A stretch of 64,000 nucleotides of DNA from Sumerlaeia bacterium (GTDB lineage Bacteria; Sumerlaeota; Sumerlaeia; SLMS01; JAHLLQ01). The position numbers and the translations under genes are program-made. Below, piece by piece: positions 8,329-17,304 of this stretch. The notes beneath the pieces are model-generated. The model made no database searches, was not told the origin of the DNA, and saw nothing but the letters and a program-made list of their open reading frames with translations. The stretch is taken from the NCBI GenBank assembly GCA_040219255.1, contig JAVJSW010000059.1, forward strand, positions 14,070 through 78,069. The letters run 5' to 3'. Every line of letters starts with the position of its first letter. Position 1 is the stretch's first letter.

Positions 8329-9138
8329 TCAGCCGCCACAGGGCTCTTTGCCCAAAACATCCACCATGGCGGCGTGAATGCGCCCGTTGCTGGCCACCAG
8401 CCGGGGGATGAAGGGATCGAACGATTCGTTCTCGAAATTACTCATTCGGCCCCCCGCTTCCTCCACCAGCAATGCACCGGCGCAACAGTCCCAGGGCTTC
8501 AAATTGAGTTCGTAAAAGCCATCGAGGTGCCCCGCCGCGACATTGGCCAGGTCCAGCGCCGCGCTGCCGAGCCGCACCACACCCTGCGTCTTCAGGAGAA
8601 ACCGCCCGTAGGTCCCCATCAGCCAGTCGATGTGGCGGTCGCGGTCATAGGGAAACCCCGTCACCAGCAGCGAATCCTCCAGCGTGTCGACCTTGGAGAC
8701 GCCGATCCGCTGGCCATTGCGGGTCGCGCCCAGGCCCCGCCCGGCCAGATACATCTCGCCCAGCGCCGGGGCGAAAATCCCGCCCGCCACCGTCTCGCCA
8801 TCCCGCTGCACGCCGACGCTGACGCTGAACAGCGGCAGGCCGTGGGCGAAGTTCGTCGTGCCATCCAGCGGATCGACGATCCACAGCCGCCCGCCGGCCG
8901 AGGCTTCGGCCCCGATCTCGCCCCCCTCCTCCGCCAGGATGCGGTCCTGGGGAAAACGGTGGCGGATGGCGGACGCAACGGCCGCCTCGGCCGCTTCGTC
9001 CGCCTCCGTCACCAAATCCTTCGCGCCCTTCTTTTCGTATTTGTCCAGCTTGCGCCAGTGCGCCAGATGGCAATCGCCAGCCAGTTCGCACAGGCGTGCG
9101 ATGAAATCGAGCAGATCGCTTGGAGTGGTTTCGGACAT
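8329..9138 (-). CDS. suhB: Inositol monophosphatase family protein (SuhB-like)
   Basis: DLVTEAD, ILAEE, WIVDPLDGTTNFAHG, RLGSAALDL, LKPWDCCAG. Confidence 0.9.
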   Translation of the reverse strand: MSETTPSDLLDFIARLCELAGDCHLAHWRKLDKYEKKGAKDLVTEADEAAEAAVASAIRHRFPQDRILAEEGGEIGAEASAGGRLWIVDPLDGTTNFAHGLPLFSVSVGVQRDGETVAGGIFAPALGEMYLAGRGLGATRNGQRIGVSKVDTLEDSLLVTGFPYDRDRHIDWLMGTYGRFLLKTQGVVRLGSAALDLANVAAGHLDGFYELNLKPWDCCAGALLVEEAGGRMSNFENESFDPFIPRLVASNGRIHAAMVDVLGKEPCGG

Positions 9139-9196
9139 GGCGGAACGGAGGAGGCCTTCAACCGGAGTGGCATTGGCGCCGACCCTCCACCGCGGC

Positions 9197-9676
9197 TTAG
9201 GGAGCCGTCAACGTCACTCCGAATTGCGCGAGGTGATGCTGCGTGTGGCGACCGTGAATCTTCGACCAGTAAGTCAGCGGCATGAGGCCGAAAATGGGAT
9301 TGAGGGTTATTCGAGCCGGGTCCTTGTCGAGGGCCGAAAGGAAGCGCTCCATCGCCTCGAAGAGCCGTTCCCGCTCCGCCTGAACATCACCATCGGCGGC
9401 GGGGGTGAAATAGTCCGGCGCCTTGATCTTGCCTCGGGGGATGGGCATGACTTCGAACGCCATCCACCGCATCAGCGGAAGGCGGGTCACGAAGTTGCTT
9501 GTGTCCGTCACACCATCGACTTCTTCGAGGCTCACTTCGATGCTCCGGCTGAGATGGCGAAGCATCCCAGCCGGATCGAGGGTTCCAAAGCGGCGTTGGC
9601 TGTCGGGGTGGATTTGTTCCAGAGGAGCGGAAAAAAGAGACAAGGTGTCGCGCCGGAGAGGCACTGCCTTTGCCAT
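9197..9676 (-). CDS. DinB/DUF1569-like four-helix protein
   Basis: FGTLDPAGMLRHL and NPIFGLM...HGRHTQHHLAQFGV. Confidence 0.75.
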   Translation of the reverse strand: MAKAVPLRRDTLSLFSAPLEQIHPDSQRRFGTLDPAGMLRHLSRSIEVSLEEVDGVTDTSNFVTRLPLMRWMAFEVMPIPRGKIKAPDYFTPAADGDVQAERERLFEAMERFLSALDKDPARITLNPIFGLMPLTYWSKIHGRHTQHHLAQFGVTLTAP

Positions 9677-9709
9677 GGTTATGTGTCCTAAGTGCAAGTT
9701 CGAGAAGGA

Positions 9710-10537
9710 TCAACCCAGCCGGGCTTTCTCCAGCTCTTCCTTGCACTTGACGCAAAGTTTGGCCCACGGCTTGGCGTGCAGCCGGCCCATCGGAATCCAA
9801 TGGCCGCACCGGATGCAAATGCCATAGGTGCCGCGATCCATGCGTTCCAGCGCCTCCAGCACCAGCACAAGAAGTTCCTCGTGCTCGCGCCGCTGACGCA
9901 GAAGCGTCTCCAGAGAGGCGCTGTCCGAGGCCGCGTCCGCCTGATGGTTCGAGAAGGAGCGATTGCCAGAACGTTCCTCCTCGTTCATCGAGTCGACGAA
10001 GGCGATGTGGCGGCGCAGCGATTCCCGCTTGGAAACCAGCATGTCGCGCAGTTCGGCGATCTCCGACTTTTTGTAGGGACACTTGCTGCGCTTGGCGGCA
10101 TCCTGGGCTTGGGCCGCCGCCGCACGAGCCGCCATGGCGCGCGCCGCCGCGGCGGAAAGCGCCGGAGCCGCCGCGGCGGCCGCTTTCTTCGAGGTGGCGG
10201 AACTCCGCTTCTTCGCCGGAGCGCCCGCCTCCTCACCGGTCTCCGCCCGTTTTTTCAGGATCTTGGCCAACAAGGCCTTTTTCGAGTCCGCGCTTTTCGC
10301 CGGCTTGGCGGACGTGTCGGCGGATGCGGACCGGGTTTTCGATTTGGCCTTGGCCTTGGCCACGGCTTTCAGGGCGACGCTGCCGGACTTCTTCGTTTTC
10401 GAAGAAGCCGCTTCCTCCGCCTTGGCGGAGGTCTTGGCGCGGGCCGCGGGTTTTTCTTCGCCGCCGCCGGCCGGTTTCTTCGTCACCTTCTTGGCTGTGC
10501 TCGTGGTCTTCGTGATTCGCGTTCGGGGGGTGCTCAC
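9710..10537 (-). CDS. TraR/DksA C4-type zinc finger protein with long Lys/Ala-rich N-terminus
   Basis: NHQADAASD coiled-coil tip, ALERMDRGTYGICIRCG...RLHAKPWAKLCVKC. The GTG start overlaps the ileS stop. Confidence 0.85.
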   Translation of the reverse strand: MSTPRTRITKTTSTAKKVTKKPAGGGEEKPAARAKTSAKAEEAASSKTKKSGSVALKAVAKAKAKSKTRSASADTSAKPAKSADSKKALLAKILKKRAETGEEAGAPAKKRSSATSKKAAAAAAPALSAAAARAMAARAAAAQAQDAAKRSKCPYKKSEIAELRDMLVSKRESLRRHIAFVDSMNEEERSGNRSFSNHQADAASDSASLETLLRQRREHEELLVLVLEALERMDRGTYGICIRCGHWIPMGRLHAKPWAKLCVKCKEELEKARLG

Positions 10538-13386
10538 TCGGCGATACTCCTCACAACAGATGCGCAGCGCGGGCAAAGGCTCGGGTGCTCGTGATCGCTT
10601 CCCACTTCAGGAGTCCAAGTCCAGCAACGCTCGCACTTGGCCCCTTCCGCATGATCGATCCGGATCGAGAGCTTCAGCCCCGCGCTTTCGAGGGCTTCGT
10701 TGGTGTCTCCACTCTCCTCCGCCTTCACGTCTACTTGAGAAACGATGAAGACACGCGGCAGAAGATGGGAGACCCCGGCAAGAAACGCAAGTGTTTCTTG
10801 ATTTTTGGTGGCGAGCGTGACGCGCGCCTCCAGCGAGTTGCCGATGGTTTTGTCCCGGCGCAGCGGTTCGATGGCCTTTTGGACCTCGGAACGCAGTTCG
10901 AGAAGCCGCCGCCAGTCGGCCAGCAGCTTCTCCGATTCATGATCCCACGCCTCGAACGGACGCGGGAAATCCGCCAGGTGGACGCTTTCCAGCGCCTCAC
11001 CACCGGCGGGCTTTGGCAAATAGTCCCAGGCCTCGTGGGCCGTGAAGGGCAACAAGGGAGCAATGATTTTCAGAAGACGGGATGCGATCGCGTGGATCGT
11101 GGCTTGGCAGGCGCGCCGCGCCGGATCGTCCGGAGCCCCGCAGTACATGCGGTCCTTCGCGCAATCCAGGTAAACGCCGCTCAGGTCGTTCACGCAAAAT
11201 GCGTTCACCAAATGGTAAACCCGGTGGAATTCATAGGCGTCGTAGGCCGCCGTGGCCTTGCGCACCAGTTCGTTCGTCCGCGCCAGGATCCAGCGGTCGT
11301 CCTCCAGGAACGTGGCGCTCTCGGCCTCCGCGTCGGGGTGCTCGCCGATGCGGTAGTCGTCCAGATTACCCAGCAGGAAGCGGATCGTGTTGCGCACGCG
11401 GCGGTACACTTCGCTGACCTGCTTAAGGATGTTGTCGCTTACCGTCAGATCGCCGCGGTAATCTTCGCTCGCGACCCAGAGGCGCAGCACGTCCGCGCCG
11501 CTCTGCTCGATGACCTTCAGAGGAGCCACCACGTTGCCGACGCTCTTGGACATCTTCACGCCCTTCTCGGCGAGGATGAACCCGTGCGTCAGGACCGCCT
11601 TGTAGGGCGCTGTTCCTTTGACGCCCATCGCCACCCACAAACTGCTCTGGAACCAGCCGCGATGCTGATCGCTGCCTTCCAGGTACAGGTCCGCCGGCCA
11701 GCGCAGATTCGCCCTCGCGTCCAGCACACCGAGATGGCTGGCGCCGCTGTCGAACCACACGTCCAGGACGTTCGATTCCTTGGTGTAGCGGCCCGGTTCT
11801 TTCTCCATCGTGTCTGGCACGAAATCCTCGGCCGGGCGCGTGAACCAGCAATCGGTGCCTTCCGTCGCCACGTAGGAAACGAACTTCTCCACGATTTCGC
11901 GCGACAGGACGCTCTCGCCGGTCTTCGTGTCGAAAAGCGACGGGATCGGCACGCCCCAGGCGCGCTGGCGCGACAGGCACCAATCCGGCCGCCCCGCCAC
12001 CATGTTGTAGATGCGGTCGCGGCCCCACTTCGGGATCCACTCGACCTTATCGACTTCGGCGAGAGCCTTCTCGCGCAGGCCGTCTTTCTCCACCGCCATG
12101 AACCACTGTTCCGTGGCGCGCATGATGACCGGCTGCTTGCTGCGCCAGGAATAGGCGTAGCTGTGTTCGTAGGTGCCGGTCCAGATCAGGGTGCCTTCCG
12201 CGCGGAACTTCTCGATCAGCCGCTTGTTCGCGTCGAAGACCGACACGCCCTGCATTTCCGGATAGAGCGCCGTGTAGCGCCCCGCGCCATCGACCGGGTT
12301 GAAGACTTCCAGGCCGTATTCCTTGCCGATTTCAAAGTCCTCGACGCCGTGCGCCGGCGCCGTGTGGACGCAGCCCGTGCCCTGTTCGAGGGTCACGTGC
12401 TCGCCCAGCATCAGCAGCGACGGCTTCTCCGGGAACACCGGATGATGGGCGCGCTTGCGATCCAGGATTTCCGCGTTGAAGCGGCCGACCACTTCGCCGT
12501 CTTCCAGGCCCGTGGTCAGCTTGAACGCCGTCAGCAGGCCCTCCGCGATCAGCAGCGTTTCCTCATCCCCGCGGCGGTACATCACGTAGTCGAACTCGCG
12601 CGAGAGGCTGACGCCCATGTTCGCCGGCATCGTCCAGGGCGTCGTGGTCCAGATGACGATGGTCGGCTTCGGCAGACCCTTCAGCTCCTCCGGAACGTCC
12701 TCCGCATAGAGAGGGAAGCGCAGGTAGATCTGGGGCGAGACGTGGTTGTCGTTGTATTCGAGTTCGGCCTCGGCCAGCGCCGTTTCGTACACTGTGTCCC
12801 AGTGCACGGGCTTGAAGCCCTTGTAGATGTAGCCCTTGCCGACCAGCTCCGCGAAGCCCTGAAGGATCGCGACCTCGTACTCCGGGTCCATGGTGATGTA
12901 GGGATGCTCCCAGTCGCCGCCGATGCCGAGGCGCTGGAATTGGGTGCGCTGGGTGCCGACCCACTGGCGGGCCTCCTCGGCGCACAGGCGGCGGATTTCC
13001 AGGGGCTCCTTGCCCTCCAGCTGCTTCTTCTTGCGCAGGCGGTCGAGGACCTTCTGCTCGATCGGCAGGCCGTGGCAGTCCCAGCCGGGGACGTAGTCGG
13101 TCTTGAAACCGGCCATGGTCTTGTAGCGGACCACGAAGTCCTTGAGGACTTTGTTCAGGGCGTGGCCGATGTGGATGTCGCCGTTGGCGTAGGGCGGGCC
13201 ATCGTGCAGCACGTAATCGGGTGCGCCGGCGCGGCGGGCGGCGATCTTCTCGGACAGGCCCATGGCCTGCCACTCGTCGAGGATCGTGGGCTCTTTCTGG
13301 GCCAGACCCGCGCGCTGCGGGAAGTCCGTCTTCGGAGTGAGGACGGTTTTCTTGTAATCGGGGGCTGTGGTTTCTTGAGTCGTCAT
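10534..13386 (-). CDS. ileS: Isoleucine--tRNA ligase (type 1)
   Basis: HDGPPYANGDIHIGH, GWDCHGLPIE, WTTTPWT, DWCLSRQRAWG, KMSKS, C-terminal CERCW...CPRC. Confidence 0.98.
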   Translation of the reverse strand: MTTQETTAPDYKKTVLTPKTDFPQRAGLAQKEPTILDEWQAMGLSEKIAARRAGAPDYVLHDGPPYANGDIHIGHALNKVLKDFVVRYKTMAGFKTDYVPGWDCHGLPIEQKVLDRLRKKKQLEGKEPLEIRRLCAEEARQWVGTQRTQFQRLGIGGDWEHPYITMDPEYEVAILQGFAELVGKGYIYKGFKPVHWDTVYETALAEAELEYNDNHVSPQIYLRFPLYAEDVPEELKGLPKPTIVIWTTTPWTMPANMGVSLSREFDYVMYRRGDEETLLIAEGLLTAFKLTTGLEDGEVVGRFNAEILDRKRAHHPVFPEKPSLLMLGEHVTLEQGTGCVHTAPAHGVEDFEIGKEYGLEVFNPVDGAGRYTALYPEMQGVSVFDANKRLIEKFRAEGTLIWTGTYEHSYAYSWRSKQPVIMRATEQWFMAVEKDGLREKALAEVDKVEWIPKWGRDRIYNMVAGRPDWCLSRQRAWGVPIPSLFDTKTGESVLSREIVEKFVSYVATEGTDCWFTRPAEDFVPDTMEKEPGRYTKESNVLDVWFDSGASHLGVLDARANLRWPADLYLEGSDQHRGWFQSSLWVAMGVKGTAPYKAVLTHGFILAEKGVKMSKSVGNVVAPLKVIEQSGADVLRLWVASEDYRGDLTVSDNILKQVSEVYRRVRNTIRFLLGNLDDYRIGEHPDAEAESATFLEDDRWILARTNELVRKATAAYDAYEFHRVYHLVNAFCVNDLSGVYLDCAKDRMYCGAPDDPARRACQATIHAIASRLLKIIAPLLPFTAHEAWDYLPKPAGGEALESVHLADFPRPFEAWDHESEKLLADWRRLLELRSEVQKAIEPLRRDKTIGNSLEARVTLATKNQETLAFLAGVSHLLPRVFIVSQVDVKAEESGDTNEALESAGLKLSIRIDHAEGAKCERCWTWTPEVGSDHEHPSLCPRCASVVRSIAE

Positions 13387-13423
13387 GCGTCGGTGAGCCT
13401 ATTTTGCACGGGCGAAGGGTTGA

Positions 13424-13452
13424 GGTTTAGGGTCCGGCTGCTAAATTGACAA
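13424..13452 (-). promoter_or_regulatory. Putative sigma-70 promoter of ileS
   Basis: TTGTCA-N17-TAAACC on the minus strand, 38 nt upstream of the ATG. Confidence 0.35.
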
Positions 13453-13543
13453 CCGAATAATTCGCTCAATCCCTCCGATTCCTCGGCTTTTGGAGCGCTC
13501 AGCTCGTGTGTTCGGAAACAGGTGCGTCATGACCTCGGGGTTC

Positions 13544-13834
13544 TCAGGTGGATTTGTGTTCGGCTTCCAACTCGGCCAAAACTTGGGGAAGAGCCTTTTC
13601 CAGCTCCTCATGAAACTTCTCGTCGCGCTCGCGGACATCGGCCCACGTCTCGCTGAAATGCACGGCCCGTTTGGCTTCGCCGAGGGAAACGACGTAGCGG
13701 CGGGACAGTTCAACGATCGAGCGGCCCTTGCCCATTCCCTGAACTCGCCAGGATTGCAGGAGGACTTCCAGTTGCGCTCCTTGTGGAGAGGGTCCGTTCG
13801 TGTCCCGGTTTGGATCGCGCTTGATGATTTTCAT
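13544..13834 (-). CDS. Small helical hypothetical protein (candidate immunity/antitoxin)
   Basis: ATG 2 nt after the upstream stop with a GGAGA RBS; SLGEAKRAVHFSETWADVRERDEKFH. Confidence 0.6.
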   Translation of the reverse strand: MKIIKRDPNRDTNGPSPQGAQLEVLLQSWRVQGMGKGRSIVELSRRYVVSLGEAKRAVHFSETWADVRERDEKFHEELEKALPQVLAELEAEHKST

Positions 13835-13836
13835 GG

Positions 13837-14154
13837 TCAGTCTCCTTCTGGACCTTCCAGGGGGATCGTCTCGTTGAGAAATCGGCCAGGGTTGGCGCCA
13901 GCGATGCGGTTCGCTGAAAGTCTCAATTCCCGAAATCCCCACTCCCACAGGTCCACACGAAATTGGCGCATTATTCTAAGCAACGGCCGCACCCCCACGT
14001 CAACAACTTCACCCGCTTCACCATACACTAGCAGTTCCAGGTGGATGAACTTTCCCCGGATTTCCAGCACCTTGGCGTAGAAGTTGACGGGTCCCGCCAA
14101 GGTCTCCACCGAGAGTTCTACGTATTCTCCAACTTCGAAAGGATGCTCCGTCAT
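13837..14154 (-). CDS. Small hypothetical protein (candidate stand-alone toxin domain)
   Basis: ATG 4 nt after the nucleoside phosphorylase stop with a GAGG RBS; motif GFRELRLSANRIAGANPGR. Confidence 0.6.
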   Translation of the reverse strand: MTEHPFEVGEYVELSVETLAGPVNFYAKVLEIRGKFIHLELLVYGEAGEVVDVGVRPLLRIMRQFRVDLWEWGFRELRLSANRIAGANPGRFLNETIPLEGPEGD

Positions 14155-14158
14155 CGCC

Positions 14159-14977
14159 TCACAACCCCGCGATCACCCCCCGCACGATCGCCTGGCGGTC
14201 CGCTTCGCGGCTCATGGCAACCTCGATGATCTCGGAGACATCCACCGGTTTCAGCGCTTCCGGATAGCACTCGTCCGTAATCGTCGACAGAGCCATCACC
14301 TTCAGGCCCGTATGCACCGCCACGATGTTTTCCGGAATCGTGGACATCGTCACGATGTCGGCGCCGATGCGTTGGAACATGCGGTACTCGGCCCGCGTCT
14401 CCAGGTTCGGGCCTGTCACGGCCACGGCCACGCCCCGCTCCACGCGAATCTTGTTCTCCAGCGCCACCGCCTCCGCCTTCGCCACCAGGTCCAGATTGTA
14501 AGGCTCGCTCATGTCCGGGAAGCGTGACCCGAGGCGTTCGTCGTTCGGCCCGATCAGTGGATTGTCGCCCATCAGGTTGATGTGATCCGTCACCAGCATC
14601 AGCGACCCGCGCTTGATCAGCGGGTTCACGCTGCCCACGGCGTTCATGATGATCAGCGTCTCCACGCCCAGCGCCTTCATCACCCGCACCGGAAAGGTCA
14701 CCTGCTGCAGGCTGTAGCCCTCGTAGCGGTGGAAACGGCCCTGCATCACCACGGCCTGCTTGCCGGACAGTTTGCCGCAGCACAGGAAGCCATGGTGGCT
14801 CTCGACGGTCGAGACCGGAAAGTGGGGGATGTCGCCGTAGGGGATCTTGACCAGCCCCTCGGGCGCGTCGCCCAGCGCTCCCATGCCCGTCCCGCAGATC
14901 ACGCCGACGGTCGGGCTGGCGCTCACTTTGCCCTGGATAAAGGCGGCGGCTTTCTGGATCTGATCGTAAAGGCTCAT
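14159..14977 (-). CDS. punA: Purine nucleoside phosphorylase (trimeric family)
   Basis: ICGTGMG, PYGDIPHFPVSTVESH, MQGRFHRYEGY, DHINL, RFPDMSEPY, GPNLETRAE, MSTIPE. Confidence 0.93.
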   Translation of the reverse strand: MSLYDQIQKAAAFIQGKVSASPTVGVICGTGMGALGDAPEGLVKIPYGDIPHFPVSTVESHHGFLCCGKLSGKQAVVMQGRFHRYEGYSLQQVTFPVRVMKALGVETLIIMNAVGSVNPLIKRGSLMLVTDHINLMGDNPLIGPNDERLGSRFPDMSEPYNLDLVAKAEAVALENKIRVERGVAVAVTGPNLETRAEYRMFQRIGADIVTMSTIPENIVAVHTGLKVMALSTITDECYPEALKPVDVSEIIEVAMSREADRQAIVRGVIAGL

Positions 14978-15318
14978 GGGTTGACTTTCTGTTCGTTGTG
15001 GGATTCCGGTGTTGGGCCGAGGGGTACATTGAGGCCCCCCAGCCGGGAACGCAACACGTCTGGGGCCAATGGCGTCACGCTGACGGTTTTTTCACGAGAT
15101 TTCTCGCCCCGATCAATAATCACCGAAGATTTCGAGACTCCGAAGAAATCGGCCAGGAACGCGACAAGCGCGGCGTTGGCTTTGCCATCGACGGCCGGAG
15201 CGGTCAGCGCGATTTTCAGCCGCTCCCCATGCAAACCCACGATGGAGGTCCGCTTGGCGTTGGGCTGGACCTTAACGCCAAAGCGGCATCCCGCGTCGGT
15301 TTCAGTCCAATCCAGCAT
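14974..15318 (-). CDS. DUF167/YggU family protein
   Basis: VKVQPNAK, LKIALTAPAVDGKANAALVAFLA, GEKSREK. Confidence 0.9.
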   Translation of the reverse strand: MLDWTETDAGCRFGVKVQPNAKRTSIVGLHGERLKIALTAPAVDGKANAALVAFLADFFGVSKSSVIIDRGEKSREKTVSVTPLAPDVLRSRLGGLNVPLGPTPESHNEQKVNP

Positions 15319-15603
15319 CGCCAGCGCCTCCTGTCGGAAATCTCAGGGGTTCCTCGCGCGAGGCGCAAAGATGGGAGGGGCCGGTGGCATGTCAAGGAGA
15401 ATAGGGAAAAATCGCCCGGTCCCTGTCCGCCCCGTCGCCGAGCCCGATCGCGCGGAGCGATACGCCGCTTCAAGCAATTCCAGTCAGGCGGATGGTGGGC
15501 AGCGAGGAAGGCAAGTCTTTGCGAGACACTCATTGTTTGCCTTGCGCTGCCCAGCTCCTCTCTTTACATCACTACTGAAACTATTTTTGCCGGGAGACCT
15601 TTC

Positions 15604-17283
15604 ATGGTTCGCCAACGCCATCTGGCGGGCACGTCCACGCCCTTGCGGATTGCCCCTTTCACACGCACAACCATCCCGACCCTGACTTTGATTGTCTCGA
15701 CTTTGACAACGCTGGCCGGGGCGGAAATCATCAAGCTCAACGATCCGGTCCCCCAGACCATGGATCGAGGCATTGTCTCGTATGTCGTCAGTCCCGACGA
15801 TCAAACCGCCGTCTATGTGATGGGGGAATTCATCAGCAACGACATCGCCCAGACGGAAGTCTATAGCGTCCCCACCGCGGGCGGCACCTCGCCGACGCTG
15901 CTCAGTTCGGCGCCCTCCGGCGATGCCATCGGGCCGCTCGTGCTCGGCTCGCTCTATCCCCGCGTGTCCCAGGACGGTCAGCGGGTCGTGTACCTCTCCG
16001 ACGCGCCGCGCGGGATGGAACTCGAAACCCTGCTCTACAGCGTGCCCATCACCGGCGGTGCCGAGACCCCCTTGTCCGCCCAGTTGCCCGCCAACGAAAA
16101 AGCGGGAAGCTTCAAGCTCGTCCCCGGCAGCGACCTTGTCGTATACCTGGGCGGAGACGAATCCAGCCCATCCACCACCTTCGATCTCTATTCCGTTCCC
16201 GTCGATGGATCGACCTCGCCGGTCAACCTGACATCCACAGTCGCCACCCAGCCCCTTTCGAACTTCGAAATCACTCCTGATGGCTCGCGGGTGGTCTTTA
16301 TTGTCTCCGACGGCGGCCGGAATCTCTTTTCCGTGCCTGTCGGTGGCGGCACGGTCGAACAGCTCACCACAAGCAACGATCTGGAAAGCTATGTCCAACT
16401 GCCGAACAGCGACACCGCCATCTATCAAACCCGAAATGGTACCACCTACGAACTGTACACGGTCGCCCTCGATGGCTCCAGCGCCCCCGTGCGGATGCAC
16501 CCCCCTCTGGGAACCGACACCTCCGCGTTCCGCCCCGCCGTCGTTTCCAGCGATGGCACCATGGCCGCACTCCTCGTCCTGAATTTCGGCTCCGGCGCCA
16601 GCCAGACCTACATCGCCCAAACGGACGGCAGTGGCTTCAACCTCGCCCATCCCGGCACTTACGAAGGCGGCCTTCCCTTCGCCTTCACCCAGAACGACAC
16701 GCGGCTCCTCACCAATCTCGAAACCCCGGGCGGCAATCAGCGGCCCCACCTCGTCGATGTGGACGGCACCGATCCGGAACTCCTCAGTTCGCCCATCGGC
16801 GACAGCAACTCGATCGGATCCGCCGGTGTTTCTACTGGCAACACCGGCGACTACCTGTTCTTCCTGGCGGATGTGCAGGGCGGCTCGGAGCGCGAACTGA
16901 TCCGCTACAATCCCGCCGACGGCACCTTCGTCACGCCGATCATGGAGAACATGACCTTCGACACCGACGACCCCGTCCCCACCTACGACTTCAGCGCCGA
17001 CGACAACGTGATCGCGTTCGTCGGGCAGACAGACTCCGCGGGCCCGTCGAACCTCTACACCTATTCCTTCACGGAAGACCGCTTGACCCGCATCAACCGC
17101 GACTTCCCCACCAACGGAAACCTGAGCTACAGCGAAGCTCTCGGCTTCGAGTTCATCAACAGCGACTCCGCCGTCATCTACGCCGCCGAGCAAGACGTCG
17201 ATTTCGTGGCTGAACTCTACGTCAACACGCAGTCCGTCGCCCCGCCCGCGACCGCCCAAGAAATCTGGCAGCTCTATCCCTAA
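15604..17283 (+). CDS. Secreted beta-propeller protein (TolB-like repeats)
   Basis: Signal-like N-terminus ending LAGA-E; repeated SPDG/SQDG..RVV[YF]...LYSVPxxGG blades; ends EIWQLYP. Start uncertain (15604 ATG or 15643 TTG). Confidence 0.8.
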   Translation: MVRQRHLAGTSTPLRIAPFTRTTIPTLTLIVSTLTTLAGAEIIKLNDPVPQTMDRGIVSYVVSPDDQTAVYVMGEFISNDIAQTEVYSVPTAGGTSPTLLSSAPSGDAIGPLVLGSLYPRVSQDGQRVVYLSDAPRGMELETLLYSVPITGGAETPLSAQLPANEKAGSFKLVPGSDLVVYLGGDESSPSTTFDLYSVPVDGSTSPVNLTSTVATQPLSNFEITPDGSRVVFIVSDGGRNLFSVPVGGGTVEQLTTSNDLESYVQLPNSDTAIYQTRNGTTYELYTVALDGSSAPVRMHPPLGTDTSAFRPAVVSSDGTMAALLVLNFGSGASQTYIAQTDGSGFNLAHPGTYEGGLPFAFTQNDTRLLTNLETPGGNQRPHLVDVDGTDPELLSSPIGDSNSIGSAGVSTGNTGDYLFFLADVQGGSERELIRYNPADGTFVTPIMENMTFDTDDPVPTYDFSADDNVIAFVGQTDSAGPSNLYTYSFTEDRLTRINRDFPTNGNLSYSEALGFEFINSDSAVIYAAEQDVDFVAELYVNTQSVAPPATAQEIWQLYP

Positions 17284-17304
17284 CCGACGGGAATCGCCCC
17301 TCCC

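Noticed and set aside
10585-13449. 954-aa plus-strand ORF
   Set aside because: Antisense shadow of ileS caused by GC-rich codon bias; no protein motifs.
13390-13540. T-box leader for ileS
   Set aside because: No T-box sequence or terminator/antiterminator, and the region is too short.
14998-15603. N-terminal extension of the 761-aa ORF
   Set aside because: Overlaps the DUF167 gene on the opposite strand; the signal peptide indicates a start near 15604-15643.
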